Assembly: GCA_030704615.1 (NCBI GenBank)
Contig: CM060732.1
Span: 57,908,001-57,972,000 of the forward strand
From: Takakia lepidozioides
Taxonomy: Eukaryota > Plantae > Bryophyta
DNA length: 64,000 nt
Reading direction: 5' to 3'
Every line of letters starts with the position of its first letter. The stretch's first letter is position 1. Below, piece after piece: positions 12,950 to 25,186 of this stretch. A program made the position numbers and the translations under genes. Under the pieces are notes generated by a model. It ran no database searches, was not told the DNA's origin, and saw only the letters and a program-made list of their open reading frames with translations.

Positions 12950-13860
12950 ACCGCTAATACTACGGTCGCTATTTCTATTTTTTATGAAGAACAAGCAACC
13001 GCCACTACTGCGGTCGCTTTTATTTCCTTTCATTTTATGCAATATTGCGGTCATTTCTATTTTATATATTTTTAAATTTAAGCGACCGCCCGTATGGCGG
13101 TCGCTATTGTTTTTTATTTCAAAATCTAATGCGACTGCCCGTATGGCGGTCGCTTCATTTGTTAATATATTTAAAATAAAACGACCGTCAATATGGTGGT
13201 CGCTTTTAATCTTTATATTTTCAAGTTTAAGCGACCTCCAGGCTGGCGGTCGCTTAAACTTAATATATATTTTCAAATTGACGCGACCGCCGGTTTGGTG
13301 GTCGCAAATATTGTACTGTTTTAAAACAAGCGACCACCGGTGTGGCGGTTGGCTTTTATTTTCATATGTCGCTTGTTTTATTTATATAATTTTAAATTTA
13401 CTGACCGCCATATGGCGGTCGATTGTTTTTCTATATATTTCTTAAATTAAGCGACCGCCCAATGGCGGTCGCTGTTTTTTTTAATATATATTTGAAATTA
13501 TCCGACTGCCATATGGCGGTCGCTTGTTCTGTACATATTTACAAAATTGTGCGACCACCAATACGGCAGTCGCTTGTTTTTAAAAAAAAATTAGGCGACT
13601 GCCAATGCGACCGCCAATCTTGTTTTTTTTTAAAAATAAATTGAAGTGACCGCCAAGATAGCGGTTTCTATTTCTTTTTTTAATTCGAAAATAAAGCGAC
13701 CGCCAGTGCGACCGCCAATCTTGCTTTTTAAAAAAATAAATTGAAGCGACCGCCAATTATGGCGGTCGCTATTTTTTTTTAATTTCGAAAACAAAGCGAC
13801 CGCCATAGTTGGCGGTCGCGTTCATTTTGTTAATTTTCAAAATGTATTTGTCACCGCCAC
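12950..13860. repeat. Second GCGACCGCC/GGCGGTCGC hairpin array, upstream of the hAT transposase
   Basis: Same palindromic unit as 1350-3108, with AT-rich spacers. Confidence 0.9.
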
Positions 13861-14033
13861 CGTATCGGCGATGTGGCTGCTTAAGTGACAGTATTTAACC
13901 TGGTACTATTTTTACCAGAATATTCCCCGAACTCAACGTGAGGTCTGACGTAACCTGACGCTGACGGACGGACGTGACGTTGATAACCGGGCTTCTCGGT
14001 CAACAACGATTGATCACAGAAGGTGTGAGCTTG

Positions 14034-14072
14034 GTGTAGACTAGTCTACACGAAGCGGCTTTTCTTACAGTG
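14034..14072 (-). mobile_element. Putative CACTG-type terminus with an 18-bp perfect palindrome
   Basis: The minus strand reads CACTGTAAGAAAA from 14072. GTGTAGACTAGTCTACAC lies at 14034-14051. A further CACTACAAGA-type end (minus strand) ends at 14175. No partner end was found in the window. Confidence 0.5.
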
Positions 14073-16489
14073 GCTCAATTCCTCACCAACGAGATTTTAC
14101 AGGGGTGTAAGATTATGTGTAATTTAAAGGTATGAACTACCCGTGATGTAAAAAAAGCCAGGATCTCTTGTAGTGGCAACGGCCATGTGACACCATCTAC
14201 CTTAGAATGAAGAAATGTGGGCCGGTCACGTGGCACAATCTGATCCGCCCAGACTAAATACACGTGGCGTTATAGAGACCCTTGGATGGCTTTTGCTGAC
14301 GTGTAATCAATCCTACGACTGTGACGCCACGTCAGTTTAGTCATTCCTGACATATATTCAATTAATGACACATCGGATATACTTACGTTGGATTTACCGA
14401 GTCATTACTCTTACTTGTCTGTTATGATTGTGGATAGGTTAAATCTCTAATGACTCATCAGATGTCCGTTGAAACGATCATTTATTGTTGTAGTCATTGA
14501 ATCATACATGTCTTTTATGACTCAAAATGAGTCATTCAAGTAGTGGGAAAAGACATGATTTCTTCTTGTGTACCTTACGAGATTGTTTTGTAAACATGAC
14601 TTCATAATATTCGTTACGTGCATTTTGCAAATTCAAAAATGGCTGCATGTCAGGCAGCTGAATATGATTAATGTTGATGTGCAGTTTGCAAAGTCAAAGA
14701 TGGTCGTATACCAGCCAACTCATAATGCATGCACTTATAGGGATTTCTTTTTTTTCCTAGCATGACGTTTTAATATTCCTCTTACACAGTGGTCTCCTTC
14801 TCTTGTTTCCCCATCCTTGTAGTTTTGGTTCCCTTCCTCTCAGACATTGCCTCCCTCACTGAATCCCTCACTTGCAGCTCAAGATCCCCCAATATGCAAT
14901 CTCTCCCCACAGTCATCCCCAATTTCTGCTCCCCCACAATCTGATCCTCCCTTGTGTTCCATCCCCACCCGTCACCTCTTTGACCTAAGAATTGCCATGT
15001 ATGTTGTCACATCCAGTACTCTCCGCACAGGCCTGCTCCCCTCCACTAATATCCCCCCACGTGTCTGGTCCCCCTACTTTGATCCCCATCTTCTCACACC
15101 CCATTTGCTCCCCCTTTTTTGTCCCCTCCTTTCCACCACGATCTCCCCATCAGTGATCCCCCTTCGAGCCTCCTCTCACCATGTGTCCCATCTCTGATCC
15201 CCCACGCGTCCGCTCCCCCGCGCCGGTACACTACACATGCGAGCGGCCGAGGATGTCTTCCTTGCGATGTTCTCTGTGCTGTGTTTGCCTTTGCAATGTG
15301 CATTAGTTCATTGCGCTGTGTGTTCTCTTCCTTCTATTCTCTTGTTTGTGTTCCTTGAACTGTGTTGTGTGAATTTTGGCGTTGTATGCTCGTTAGCGAT
15401 GGCGAAGGTTTCCACCAGGTATTCCCCCAGAGGATGATATGTTGGTTTTCTGGTACAAGCCTAAGAAAAGGAATGAGATACCTTTTTGGTATACACCAAC
15501 TAAGTGGGAGGAGATGATAGTAGAGGCAGAGCCTGATCTTGGACCATGACACACGAACACGAACAACTTCCAATTTTGCTGATGCCAATGATGATCGATT
15601 TTGGGATGCATTTGTGAATTTCACTTAGAGTAGAGGGTTTATAATGTGAGGAGAGAGGGCTAAAACGCTGCTGGAAAAGATGGCTTAAAAAACAAGAGGT
15701 TTGCTCCCGGCCTCAATCCTTGCTACCCCAATCCTTCATTCCAAATGTCTTTTCCAGTTTACGGCTTTGTGATCCCCCCAAATATGTCTTGTATTTTTGT
15801 CTGCAGAAGTCTGCTACCGCGGGAGAACTTGAGGCAATGCGGCAATCTGTGCGCGCATGGACGACTTCCGAAGATGGCGTTTCCTCCCCTCCCTCCATTG
15901 GGCGGGAGTTGGCAGATTTTGAGAGCTATCTTGTGGGGAAAAAGAATCCGCCAATTCGAACACCCTCCTTGCTCCCCCAAATCTCTCTGCTATCTTGCTT
16001 GCTTCGGTGTCTCTCCCTGGTCCCCCCCCGTCTGCTCTCCCATTATCTGAGGCATCCCCCACCTTTGCTCCTGATTTCCTGTCTTCTCCCCAGATTTGTC
16101 TGCCCTCTCGCATGCTTTAGGGGATCAGTAGGAGGGGATCAGAGGGAGATCAGAGGTGGGGGGGGGGGGGGGGGGGGGAGATCATGAAAATGGCTTCATT
16201 TGCCGATTCGGTGTACTGTCAAGGGATCAGAGTCGGGGGATCAGAGTCGTGGGGATGAAATGGCCCATGGGCAGGGGAGCAGTGGAGTTGCACATTGTGA
16301 AAGGTCACATCCCACCTTTGTAGTATCAGAGAACACATCCCTTGTGATATGAGGGGACACATCCCTTGCATGTCTAAATGGCACATAACCATATAACAAA
16401 AACTGAAAACAAAAACAATATAAAATGCTGTAAATTGTGAAAGGCTGGTCAATTCTCACCTTTCAAATAAGCAATTATAGCTTGTACAA

Positions 16490-17035
16490 TGATCAATTTC
16501 AGCCCCTCAAATGAGCAATCCTAGATTATATAAATATTAATTTCAGCTGTTGAAATTGGCAATTCTAGCCCCCTAATGGCCATTCCAACCCTTGAAATTG
16601 ACAATTCCAACCCTCAATTGACAATTCAAACCTTTCAAATTGACAATTCCAACTCCTTAAATTGCAAAATCGACCCCTTGAAATTGACGATTCAAGCCCT
16701 TCAAATTGCAATTCCAACCTCTCAAATTACAAGTTGAGCCCTTTAAATTGGCAATTCCAGCCCCTTAAAATGCAATTCCAACCCCTGAAATTACAATTCC
16801 AGCCCCTCAAATTACAATTTCGGCCCTTGAAATTGCAATTCAGCCCTTGAAATTGGCAATTCCAACCTCTCAAATTACAATTTGAGCCCTTTGAATTGGT
16901 AATTCTAGCCCTTGGAATCGGCAATTGCAGCCCCTCAAATTGCACTTCCAGCCCTTGAAATTGGTAATTCCAGCCTCTCAAATTACAATTCAAGCCCTCT
17001 AAATTAGAAATTCCAACCCCTAAAATTGGAACTTC
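16490..17035. repeat. ~21-bp minisatellite (consensus approx. AAATTGCAATTCCAGCCCCTC), roughly 25 copies
   Basis: Degenerate tandem units are directly visible and produce the repetitive ORFs 16662-16850 and 16727-16993. Confidence 0.9.
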
Positions 17036-18020
17036 TTGCCCCTTCGAATTTTAACTCCCACTCCTAAATGGTGACCTGCTGATTTCGCCATACACTAGTG
17101 ATTATAGTGTATGGCGGCTTGAACATGCTTTATTTCACATGTTAAATTAAAAAAACAGAAGTACGAAAAAAACAGAAATAAATCAAATAATTTAATGAAA
17201 AAATGGAACTATGATATCAAATTATATAAAAATAAAAATAATAAAAATACAAAACCAATTTGATATGGAAAATCATCTTATTTCTTTTATCTTCATGGGC
17301 TATTTTTCGTATATTATATGAAAATATAGTTTAAAAAAGCATAGAAATATTTAGTATAATGACATATAATATTTCAATCTTTTCCTTCAAATTGTCATCT
17401 ATACATTTGATGTGAATGACATACATGTGTAACCTAATCCCATATGAGCTCTTGTTGTTCATTTTGCTTTGATTATCTCTTCTAAGTACTTGTCATCTCA
17501 ATGTTAGATGTTATTCTATCACAAATCTAAAACCATATTTTGTTTTTTGCTCCATTTGTGTAGTCTTCTAAATAACCCTCATTTCTTATGTACTATTATT
17601 TGCATCTTCTAAATATTTGTGATTTGAATATTAGATGTCACTCTACACTCATATATGGCACTCTAATCTCATTATTGATGGTGGATTGGAGTTAAAAAAA
17701 AATCCCTCTAGTAAGAAAAAAATCTATATACCCATACCCTTGCACATACCAGTACAACACTACCCTAAACAGTGAATCAACAATTTGAATATAAACAACA
17801 TAATTCAACTTCAATCTTTTACCCTAACACAAACCTTCAACCCTAAATCAACAATACCCTGGCACATACCCCCTAGTAAGAAAAACAAATCTATATGCCC
17901 ACACCCTAGCGCATATCCTAAACCCTAAATCAACAATTTGAACCTAAGCAATAGAATTCAGCTTCAAGCTTTTACAAATTACATGACTAAAGTCTAAATT
18001 ACAATGTCATTGTGAGTATA

Positions 18021-19255
18021 TCAAGAAATCCTTCCTGGATTCTCATTCAATTGGTTGGTACCTCTAGTCAATATCCATTTTTTGTTAACCAAAACCATCC
18101 CTAACCTATATTTTGTAGGAGATATAGATGAAGAAGAGAATAACAATGTTCCATGAGTTAATGTCTTGGAATGTGAAAAAATTGCAGATGTATTACTAGT
18201 CTCAAATTTATATAAATATTGATGAACCACAAACTCCCCTCCAACTGGAATTCCAGATTTAGTCCACATGATCATTGTGCAATCCGTATCTGTTGTATCC
18301 ACATGTGGTGAAAGAGGTGTAGACTTAGTCATGGATTGATGCATATGAATCTTTAAATCACAAACACCAATTCTAAGGCTATTTACGGGATGAATTTGAC
18401 TCTCAAAAGTATGAACCATTTGTGGTCCAATTTTTTTTTTCATTGCACCCCAGATACATGATGCAATACTATCACCCACCCCTCAAAAAAACAACCTCTT
18501 CATGAGTCGAAAGCTTGCTGTTAGTATACTTGGTGACTTTTTCAGCATTTGCCTCTCCTCCAATATTTGAATACCCATGACTTGTAGACTTGTCAGGGCC
18601 TCGAATACCATCTTTGTCACTTCTACCCACATGTGGTGTGGTCTCAAAATAAAGGTTACTCATATTTCTAAGAGTTTGACCTTCCATATCATTCATGATA
18701 TGTGGGATATATATGTGTTCCACCTCTCCAAAATCCAGTTCCTCCAAAGGGATAGGTGGGTCTGTACATAACAATATGTCTGCCTTCATAACCATGATAG
18801 ATTTTCTCACTGTATTAATCTCTGAACTCTGAAAGAGTATTCCCAACTTCCACTAATACTGGAATTTGTTGACCAATATGGTCTATTTTCTCCTTTTTTT
18901 GTCTACTTTGAATCTGAGTAAAAACAATGTGTACCTCTATTGTAATTGGCAATCCAAATTTCCTCAAAAGAGAAGTTGCTGGTGGGGAGCCAATAGAAAT
19001 AATACATTTGACCACCAACGACTGTGCATGCTTGTATATCTTCTTCAAATCTTGGTACTTTGTCGTAACGTTCAAAAAATCCTCTAAACATACAATACTT
19101 AGATCTTGTACTAATAATAGACCGAATAGGGATTTACAATGGTCCATTGGAGTACATGATGGTACAGAAATACATCTTGGACATCTATTTGACTCTATGC
19201 TTTTGACATAGGACTCACACAACTTTGTGGCAATTGACCCTCCATAAGTGTACAT
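18021..19255 (-). pseudogene. 2OG-Fe(II) dioxygenase, TET/JBP-like (copy 1, full C-terminus, frameshifted)
   Basis: Three overlapping ORFs (18815-19255, 18472-18846, 18021-18479). The last contains PHVD (HxD), GGEF, THGT (distal H) and YRLG (2OG-binding R) in double-stranded beta-helix (DSBH) spacing. Confidence 0.6.
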
Positions 19256-19368
19256 GGGCTAAGGGAATAACCCTAGTCCGAAACACAGTCTAAATGTTCA
19301 TTACTTTTATGACAGGGAATCACATGTAATATTTAAAGTATTTCGGACTAGGGTTGTTCCCTTAGCCC

Positions 19369-20727
19369 ATGTACACTTATGGAGGGGCAATTGCCACAAG
19401 TTGTGTGAGTCATGTGTCATAAGCATAGGGTCAAATAGATGTCCAAGATGTATTCCTATACCATCATGTACTCCAACGGACCATTGTAAATCCCTATTAG
19501 GTCTATTGTTAGTACAAGACCTAAGTATTGTATGTATAAAGGATTTTCTGAATGTTATGATACAATACCAAGATTTGAAGAGGTTTTACAAGTATGCAGT
19601 CACTATTTCTGGATATTTGGGATGGTTTGTACATGGTCTCCTCCTCGTCCTCTCCGTTCTGCTGGAGGTAGCCTGGTTGGAACAAATTAACCTTGAAAAA
19701 ACTGTGCAAGAAGCACACAATGCAGTTTGATATCCCAATCGCTACAGCGCAGCGCCGTATATGGTAAAAATCCAGCTCTTGGAATGCAAATCACCCCCGG
19801 AATTAGGCCTTACAACAATTTGAAAACAATTCATAGCCTGGTAGATGAATCCCATCCCCGCCTTCAATGTAAAAAACAACCTGAAGTTTGAAATAGTTGA
19901 GCAAATGTCTTAAACATTCCTATTGGCTCCCCACCAGCACCTTCTCTTTTGAGGAAATTTGGATTGCCAATTACAATGGAGGTACATATTGCTTTTACTT
20001 AGATTCAAAGTAGACAGAAAAGGGAAGAAAATAGACCATATTGGTCATCAAATTCCAACACTGGCAGAAGTTGGGAATCCACAATTCAGAGTTCAGAGAT
20101 TAATACAGTGAGAAAATCTATCATGGTTATGAAGGCAGACATATTGTTATGTATAGACCCACCTATCCCTTTGGAGGAACTGGATTTTGGAGAGGTGGAA
20201 CTCATATACATCCCACATATCATGAATGATATGGAAGGTCAAACTCTTAGAAATATGAATAACCTTTATTTTGAGACCACACCATATGTGGGTAGAAGTG
20301 ACAAAGATGGTATTTAAGGCCTTGACAAGTCGACGAGTCATGGGTATTCAAGTACTGGAGGAGAGGCAAATGCTGGAAAAGTCACCAAGTATACTAACAA
20401 TAAGCTTTTGACTAATGAAGAGGTTGCTTTTCGAGGGGCGGGTGATAGTATTGCATCATGTATATGGGGTGCAATGGGAACAAAAATTGGACCTCAAGTG
20501 GTTCATACTTTTGAGAGTCAAATTCATCCCGTAAATAGCCTTAGAATTGGTGTTTGTGATTTAAAGGTTCATATGCATCAATTACACGTGACTAAGTCTA
20601 CACCTCTTCCACCACATGTGGATACAACAGATATGGATTGCACAATGATCATGTGGACTAAATCTGGAATTCCAGTTGGAGGGGAGTTTGTGGTTCATCA
20701 ATATTTACATAAATTTGAGACTAATCA
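19369..20727 (+). pseudogene. Inverted second copy of the TET/JBP-like gene, truncated before the distal His
   Basis: ORFs 19401-19730, 20108-20317 and 20408-20800 match copy 1. It has a ~310-bp foreign segment at ~19600-19915 and a CGA>TAA stop at ~20315. Homology ends at ~20727. Confidence 0.85.
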
Positions 20728-20760
20728 TACACCTGTCATACATGGACCTCCAGACAAAAG

Positions 20761-21702
20761 CACTACAACAAAAATATGGATTTGTGACTGGGATTTATGA
20801 CTATTTTCTAGTCAGAAGACCCTCATGACTGACAGTCGTAAAACCCTGGTCGTAGAGCAACTGTAGTCACATGTACCTAACAGTCATAAGTCCCCATGAC
20901 TGACTGAAGACAAGTGATGTGTCATCTGAACGTGCTGACTGGAGGCTGACGTGTAGTTATATGTACCAACGTTGTCATGATTACAGACACCCACATGGAG
21001 GCCACGTGGCGAGGCGGCTGCATGCCACGTGTCCACATTTGACCCTATAGTCATAGTCATAGTCATATCAACGCTGTCATGACTACATACATCCGCGTGG
21101 AGGGCCTTGCCTGCTTGATACGTGTCCCCATTGACATTTGAAATTCAAATTTTGAATTTTAGTGGTTCAAAAATTTGAAATGTGCGTTGGCCGTTGACCA
21201 TTGACCCCACACCATCCCACACATTACTAAACAATACATTTGAACCTAAGACCGCCGCATTATAGCACTACTACGTCATTTTACACTAACCAACTCACCT
21301 ATGACACATACATGCATAGCATAAGTGGTTTGATTATATATAACCACAACAAACTTTGAAATATAAAGAGAGTGACATGTCTAGTCATAGTCATATATGT
21401 AGTCACAGTCATGTAATCATGTAGTAATACATGACTATGACATGTCATCCAATCATAGACATATGTACATAACACCTCATCATACCTAAGACTTACTCAT
21501 GACTGTTAGTCATATGTACCATGACATGTCATCACATCATAGACTTGCACACGACTGTCAGTCATATGTCCCGTCATGTGTTCGTCCAAGAAATATTTTA
21601 TTCATTTCTAACTGTATTCACGAAAGTGTAGTCATCCATTTAGTCAGATGTGCCATGACTACGGGAAAGCCACAGTCATGAAACCCAGCTTTTCTTGTAT
21701 TG
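20761..21702. mobile_element. Non-autonomous CACTA element
   Basis: Ends CACTACAACAAAA and TTTTCTTGTATTG, with a 3-bp TSD AAG (20758-20760 and 21703-21705) and dense ATGAC/GTCAT subterminal motifs. Confidence 0.85.
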
Positions 21703-22031
21703 AAGGTACTGTTGAGTAGAACGTATCACCACATATCAAGTTCCAAACTAGATGATGAGATGGAGTTGTAACCCTGTTAGAAAATTTGAAAGGCCTATCC
21801 TTTTGAAATATTTTGGAGTTTGTAGATATTTTGAACACAATGCTTTTAACCAGAAGATTAATCATGCAAGGTGCCAGGTTTGCATTGGATAGAACTGTTT
21901 GTTGGACATTAAACAGGCAATTGGTGTGGCAAATCCATTATAACCACTTCTTACAATAAAGGGCCAAGATAGGAAGTGAACAATTTGTCTGACAGGCATG
22001 AGATTGTGTGGGCACTATGTAAGCAAGGAAA

Positions 22032-22510
22032 ATGAAAGAGGTGCTCCACATTCTAGACCAAGGAGGCATTCAGGCAGACTTCAATATGTATATCTGTCTC
22101 TTACAAAGGTGCATCAACATGAAAACTCTGGCAGAGGGAAAGCAGGTGCATGCCCACATTATCCAAAGTGGATTCAAGCCAAACACCTTTATCGGCAACA
22201 CCCTTGTCAACATGTATGCCAAGTGTCGGAGCATGCTGGATGCCCAACAAGTGTTTGAGGAGATGCCTGACCGAGATACAGTCACTTGGACAATGCTGAT
22301 GGCAGGATGTGTGAAACATGGACATCCCAATGAGGCCTTAACAATCTATGAGCAAATGCAATGGGAATGGGTGACCCCGGACAGGGTCACATTCATTTGT
22401 GCTCGCAATGCATGTGCCAGTGTACAAGCCAAGCAGGTCCATGCGGACCATATATTAATTTAGAAAATACCCTTCTGGACATATGCAAAATGTGGGAGCA
22501 TAAAGGATGC
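22032..22510 (+). pseudogene. PLS-class pentatricopeptide repeat gene fragment
   Basis: Reads LLQRC...GKQVHAHII...NTLVNMYAKC...VFEEMPDRDTVTW...PDRVTF. It stops at 22461, followed by a frameshifted YAKCGSIKDA remnant. Confidence 0.85.
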
Positions 22511-23189
22511 AAGTCTGGAGTCTAACCCTCAAGCTCTGGCGGCCATGTCAGGGTTCTAATTGCTGGGCAGCTCTTACACAACAGATTGATGCTTGTAAGA
22601 AGGGCTTTCTAGAGGAAATCTGGAAAGCCTAAACGAATTGCTCTATCAAAGTAAGTCCCACTACTGGAGTGTGAAAGGGGCTGAGCCTCGAGATTCTCAA
22701 AGTTGGTAAACAACGGTACATGCACAAGTTAATCCTTGAATGGAATTTGAGAGGGTGTCTCTCTGGTCAGAGTACCTAGGACAGTGAGTCAAAAATTGAA
22801 TATTGTCTTCAGGTAGCTAACAGAGGTGGAAGTGAGATGACGAAGTGGGCAATTGTAGAGACTGCGAGTGGAGTAGCCAGCCCTGGACCATCTGGAACCC
22901 TCCAATGTGACCTCTATATGTAAGAATTTTACCCCCAAGTAATTTGGCTCATAGTTCAGCGCATATAAAGCCAGTCCTGGACCATCTGAACCCCTATATA
23001 TGTGAGCAATTTGTGTCTCTCCTAGCATGATTGGCTGGAAGCTCAGTGAACTGTTGAAAGTAGTAGAGCAGTTTCTAGTGGAATTGTGGGCCACAGAGAT
23101 GGATGCCTCTACTTTCAAATGCTGAAAAATGGATTCTATTGGTCATTACAGGCCACTCAGAATGCCAGGCATGCTAGTTGGCGACGGGA

Positions 23190-23805
23190 AACTCGGGGGC
23201 ATCTCAACATTGAACATGTGGATTCTAGTCTACGCATGGACTTTCACAACAATGCAGCCAATGAATGGCTTGGTTACCGGTTGGAAACGATTGGAACAAC
23301 AGTTCTCTGTTCAACAGCCCTCCTCCAAGTGGTTTTTCCATCAAGTATCGTGCAACCAGGTTAATCTGGAATTCTGTGACAAAATGAAATGTCCACAGCT
23401 GCTCAATCTAGAACTGTGCTACCACAGCAGGAGTTCAGATGTTTGGATTAAACTGGCTGATTCAGTGAGTGAAATCAAATGTCCGAGTTTCTCCTCCTGG
23501 CCCTCATCATTGCTTAGATGCCTAGTGCATGTCTGCCAGACCAAGGGATTACCAAAGCACACATCTAAAAGCTTCAGATGTGAAACTTCAACCTTCTGGC
23601 CATCACTAACAGACCAAAGTTATGTAAGCACATCAGGGTAATGTAACAAATTCCAGGTTTATGCCTCTATAGATCATGTGGAGCAGGTTAACAATGGGTG
23701 CTCGAGGATGCATTAAAACCTGAGTGTTGTCTTCCAAAAACCCCGCTGGTGCTAAAGGGTGTGTCGGCTACAATCAAGAGAGGGAGCAAAGTTGGGGTAG
23801 TAGGC
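23190..23805 (+). pseudogene. ABCC (MRP-type) ABC transporter fragments (TMD2 and start of NBD2)
   Basis: LRMDFHNNAANEWLGYRLE...VFPSSIVQP and PKTPLVLKGVSATIKRGSKVGVVG, truncated before the Walker A motif. Confidence 0.8.
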
Positions 23806-25099
23806 CTCCCTTCTTTAAATGAGAGTCATCATGAAAAATCAGCCCAGTGGATGCGGGTGAGATTCATGGCACAAATATTGTCCTCATCATACAGATCACT
23901 TTCACCAGTTCCCACATTCGAACCCCCTGGAGTAAATTGATGGATACCTGATAGGGAATTCCCCAGTGCGGCTGAATCTGGAGTGAACCCTGGATCTGGA
24001 TGTAGAAAATTTGGGACCTCCTCAACATTGCCCAAAGCTGCAACAGCTAGCAGCTTTATGTATGGAGTGCACGTAGAAAAGTTCCCAGGCAGCCTGATTT
24101 TCTCTCTCATGGGCACATTGTCCTTGCCTTCAGCATCTACAACTACTAGTAGTTGTCAAATCTGGAGCAAACATAATCTTAGAGTAGATTCGTGCGCTCT
24201 CTCTCTCCTTTGAACAGCAAACAAACAGAAGCAGGGAGGAAAAGGATCAGTCTCGACAAAGTACAGTTCAAGACGTTATTTTTCGGATTTTTCGGGCAGT
24301 TCGGGCAGGTTCCAGAAACTTGACGACGACGATGACGTGGTTACGATGACGTGGCGACGATGACGAGGCACTATGGCACCCTATTCCTAAACTAGCTTCC
24401 GACCTTCGGTCGTCGCTAGAATAAATGAAACTTGCGAAAATTACAAAAAGGGATTTGCAAGGCCTGTGACCCATTCCCCGATCACGGTGCTGTTTCCAGC
24501 CGTCTCCATAGAACGCTAATCTCACGCTAGCTGCCACATAAGGCCTTCAATCGAAATATATGCTCAAGTTGCTTGGCCACTGCCTGCGTACGTAGGACTT
24601 GTTCTCTGCAAATCTTTACTTCCAACTCCTCCAACCTCCTCCCTATCAGATCTCTCCATCCTTGTCAGCCACTGCAATGTTATAGATCATATTGATGTGG
24701 ACCATATCACAGTCAAATATGTAATAGTAGATCAGAGGATGAGCTTGTCGAGACACACGTACAAGGAGCAGGTTTTGGTATGTATGTGCCCGACGTTATC
24801 TTTTAACTACGATGATTTTCAGTATTGAAACTGGGAATGGAGAGACAGATTGCTGGTAATCTCCTCGGGGCCCACATCATTGAGACTAGGGACACGAATT
24901 GATAAGTATGACTAAATGCAGGTGAACGAACAATCGCCACTTCCATTGAGACAGGCTGCATAAGTTATCAACATTTTTGTTCTATGGCTAGGTAGCTTTA
25001 CGGATCCTAGTTGTGCCCTGTAGACACTGCTTTGTTCACTCGAGCTGCTCTGGTTTCACAGTACACGAAAGAAATGGCCTTGCAGTATGTGGATTCTCA

Positions 25100-25186
25100 G
25101 CAATGCAGATGCCGCCCTTCACTTCCATTGGAGACCTTGTAGGATGGGGTTTTCATGCGTCACGGGGGCTTGCCACAGAACAATCT
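25100..25186 (-). repeat. Short dispersed repeat; inverted copy in SDR intron 1 at 48623-48707
   Basis: The shared core CCCCATCCTACAAGGTCTCCAATGGAAGTGAAG(A/G)GCGGCATCTGCATTGC has few mismatches. Confidence 0.85.

Noticed and set aside
16662-16993. Repetitive ORFs (LQFQPLK / NCNLRGW)
   Set aside because: These are translations of the 21-bp minisatellite.
17086-17116. Hairpin as a Helitron 3' end
   Set aside because: No convincing CTRR terminus at the expected distance and no matching 5' end was identified.
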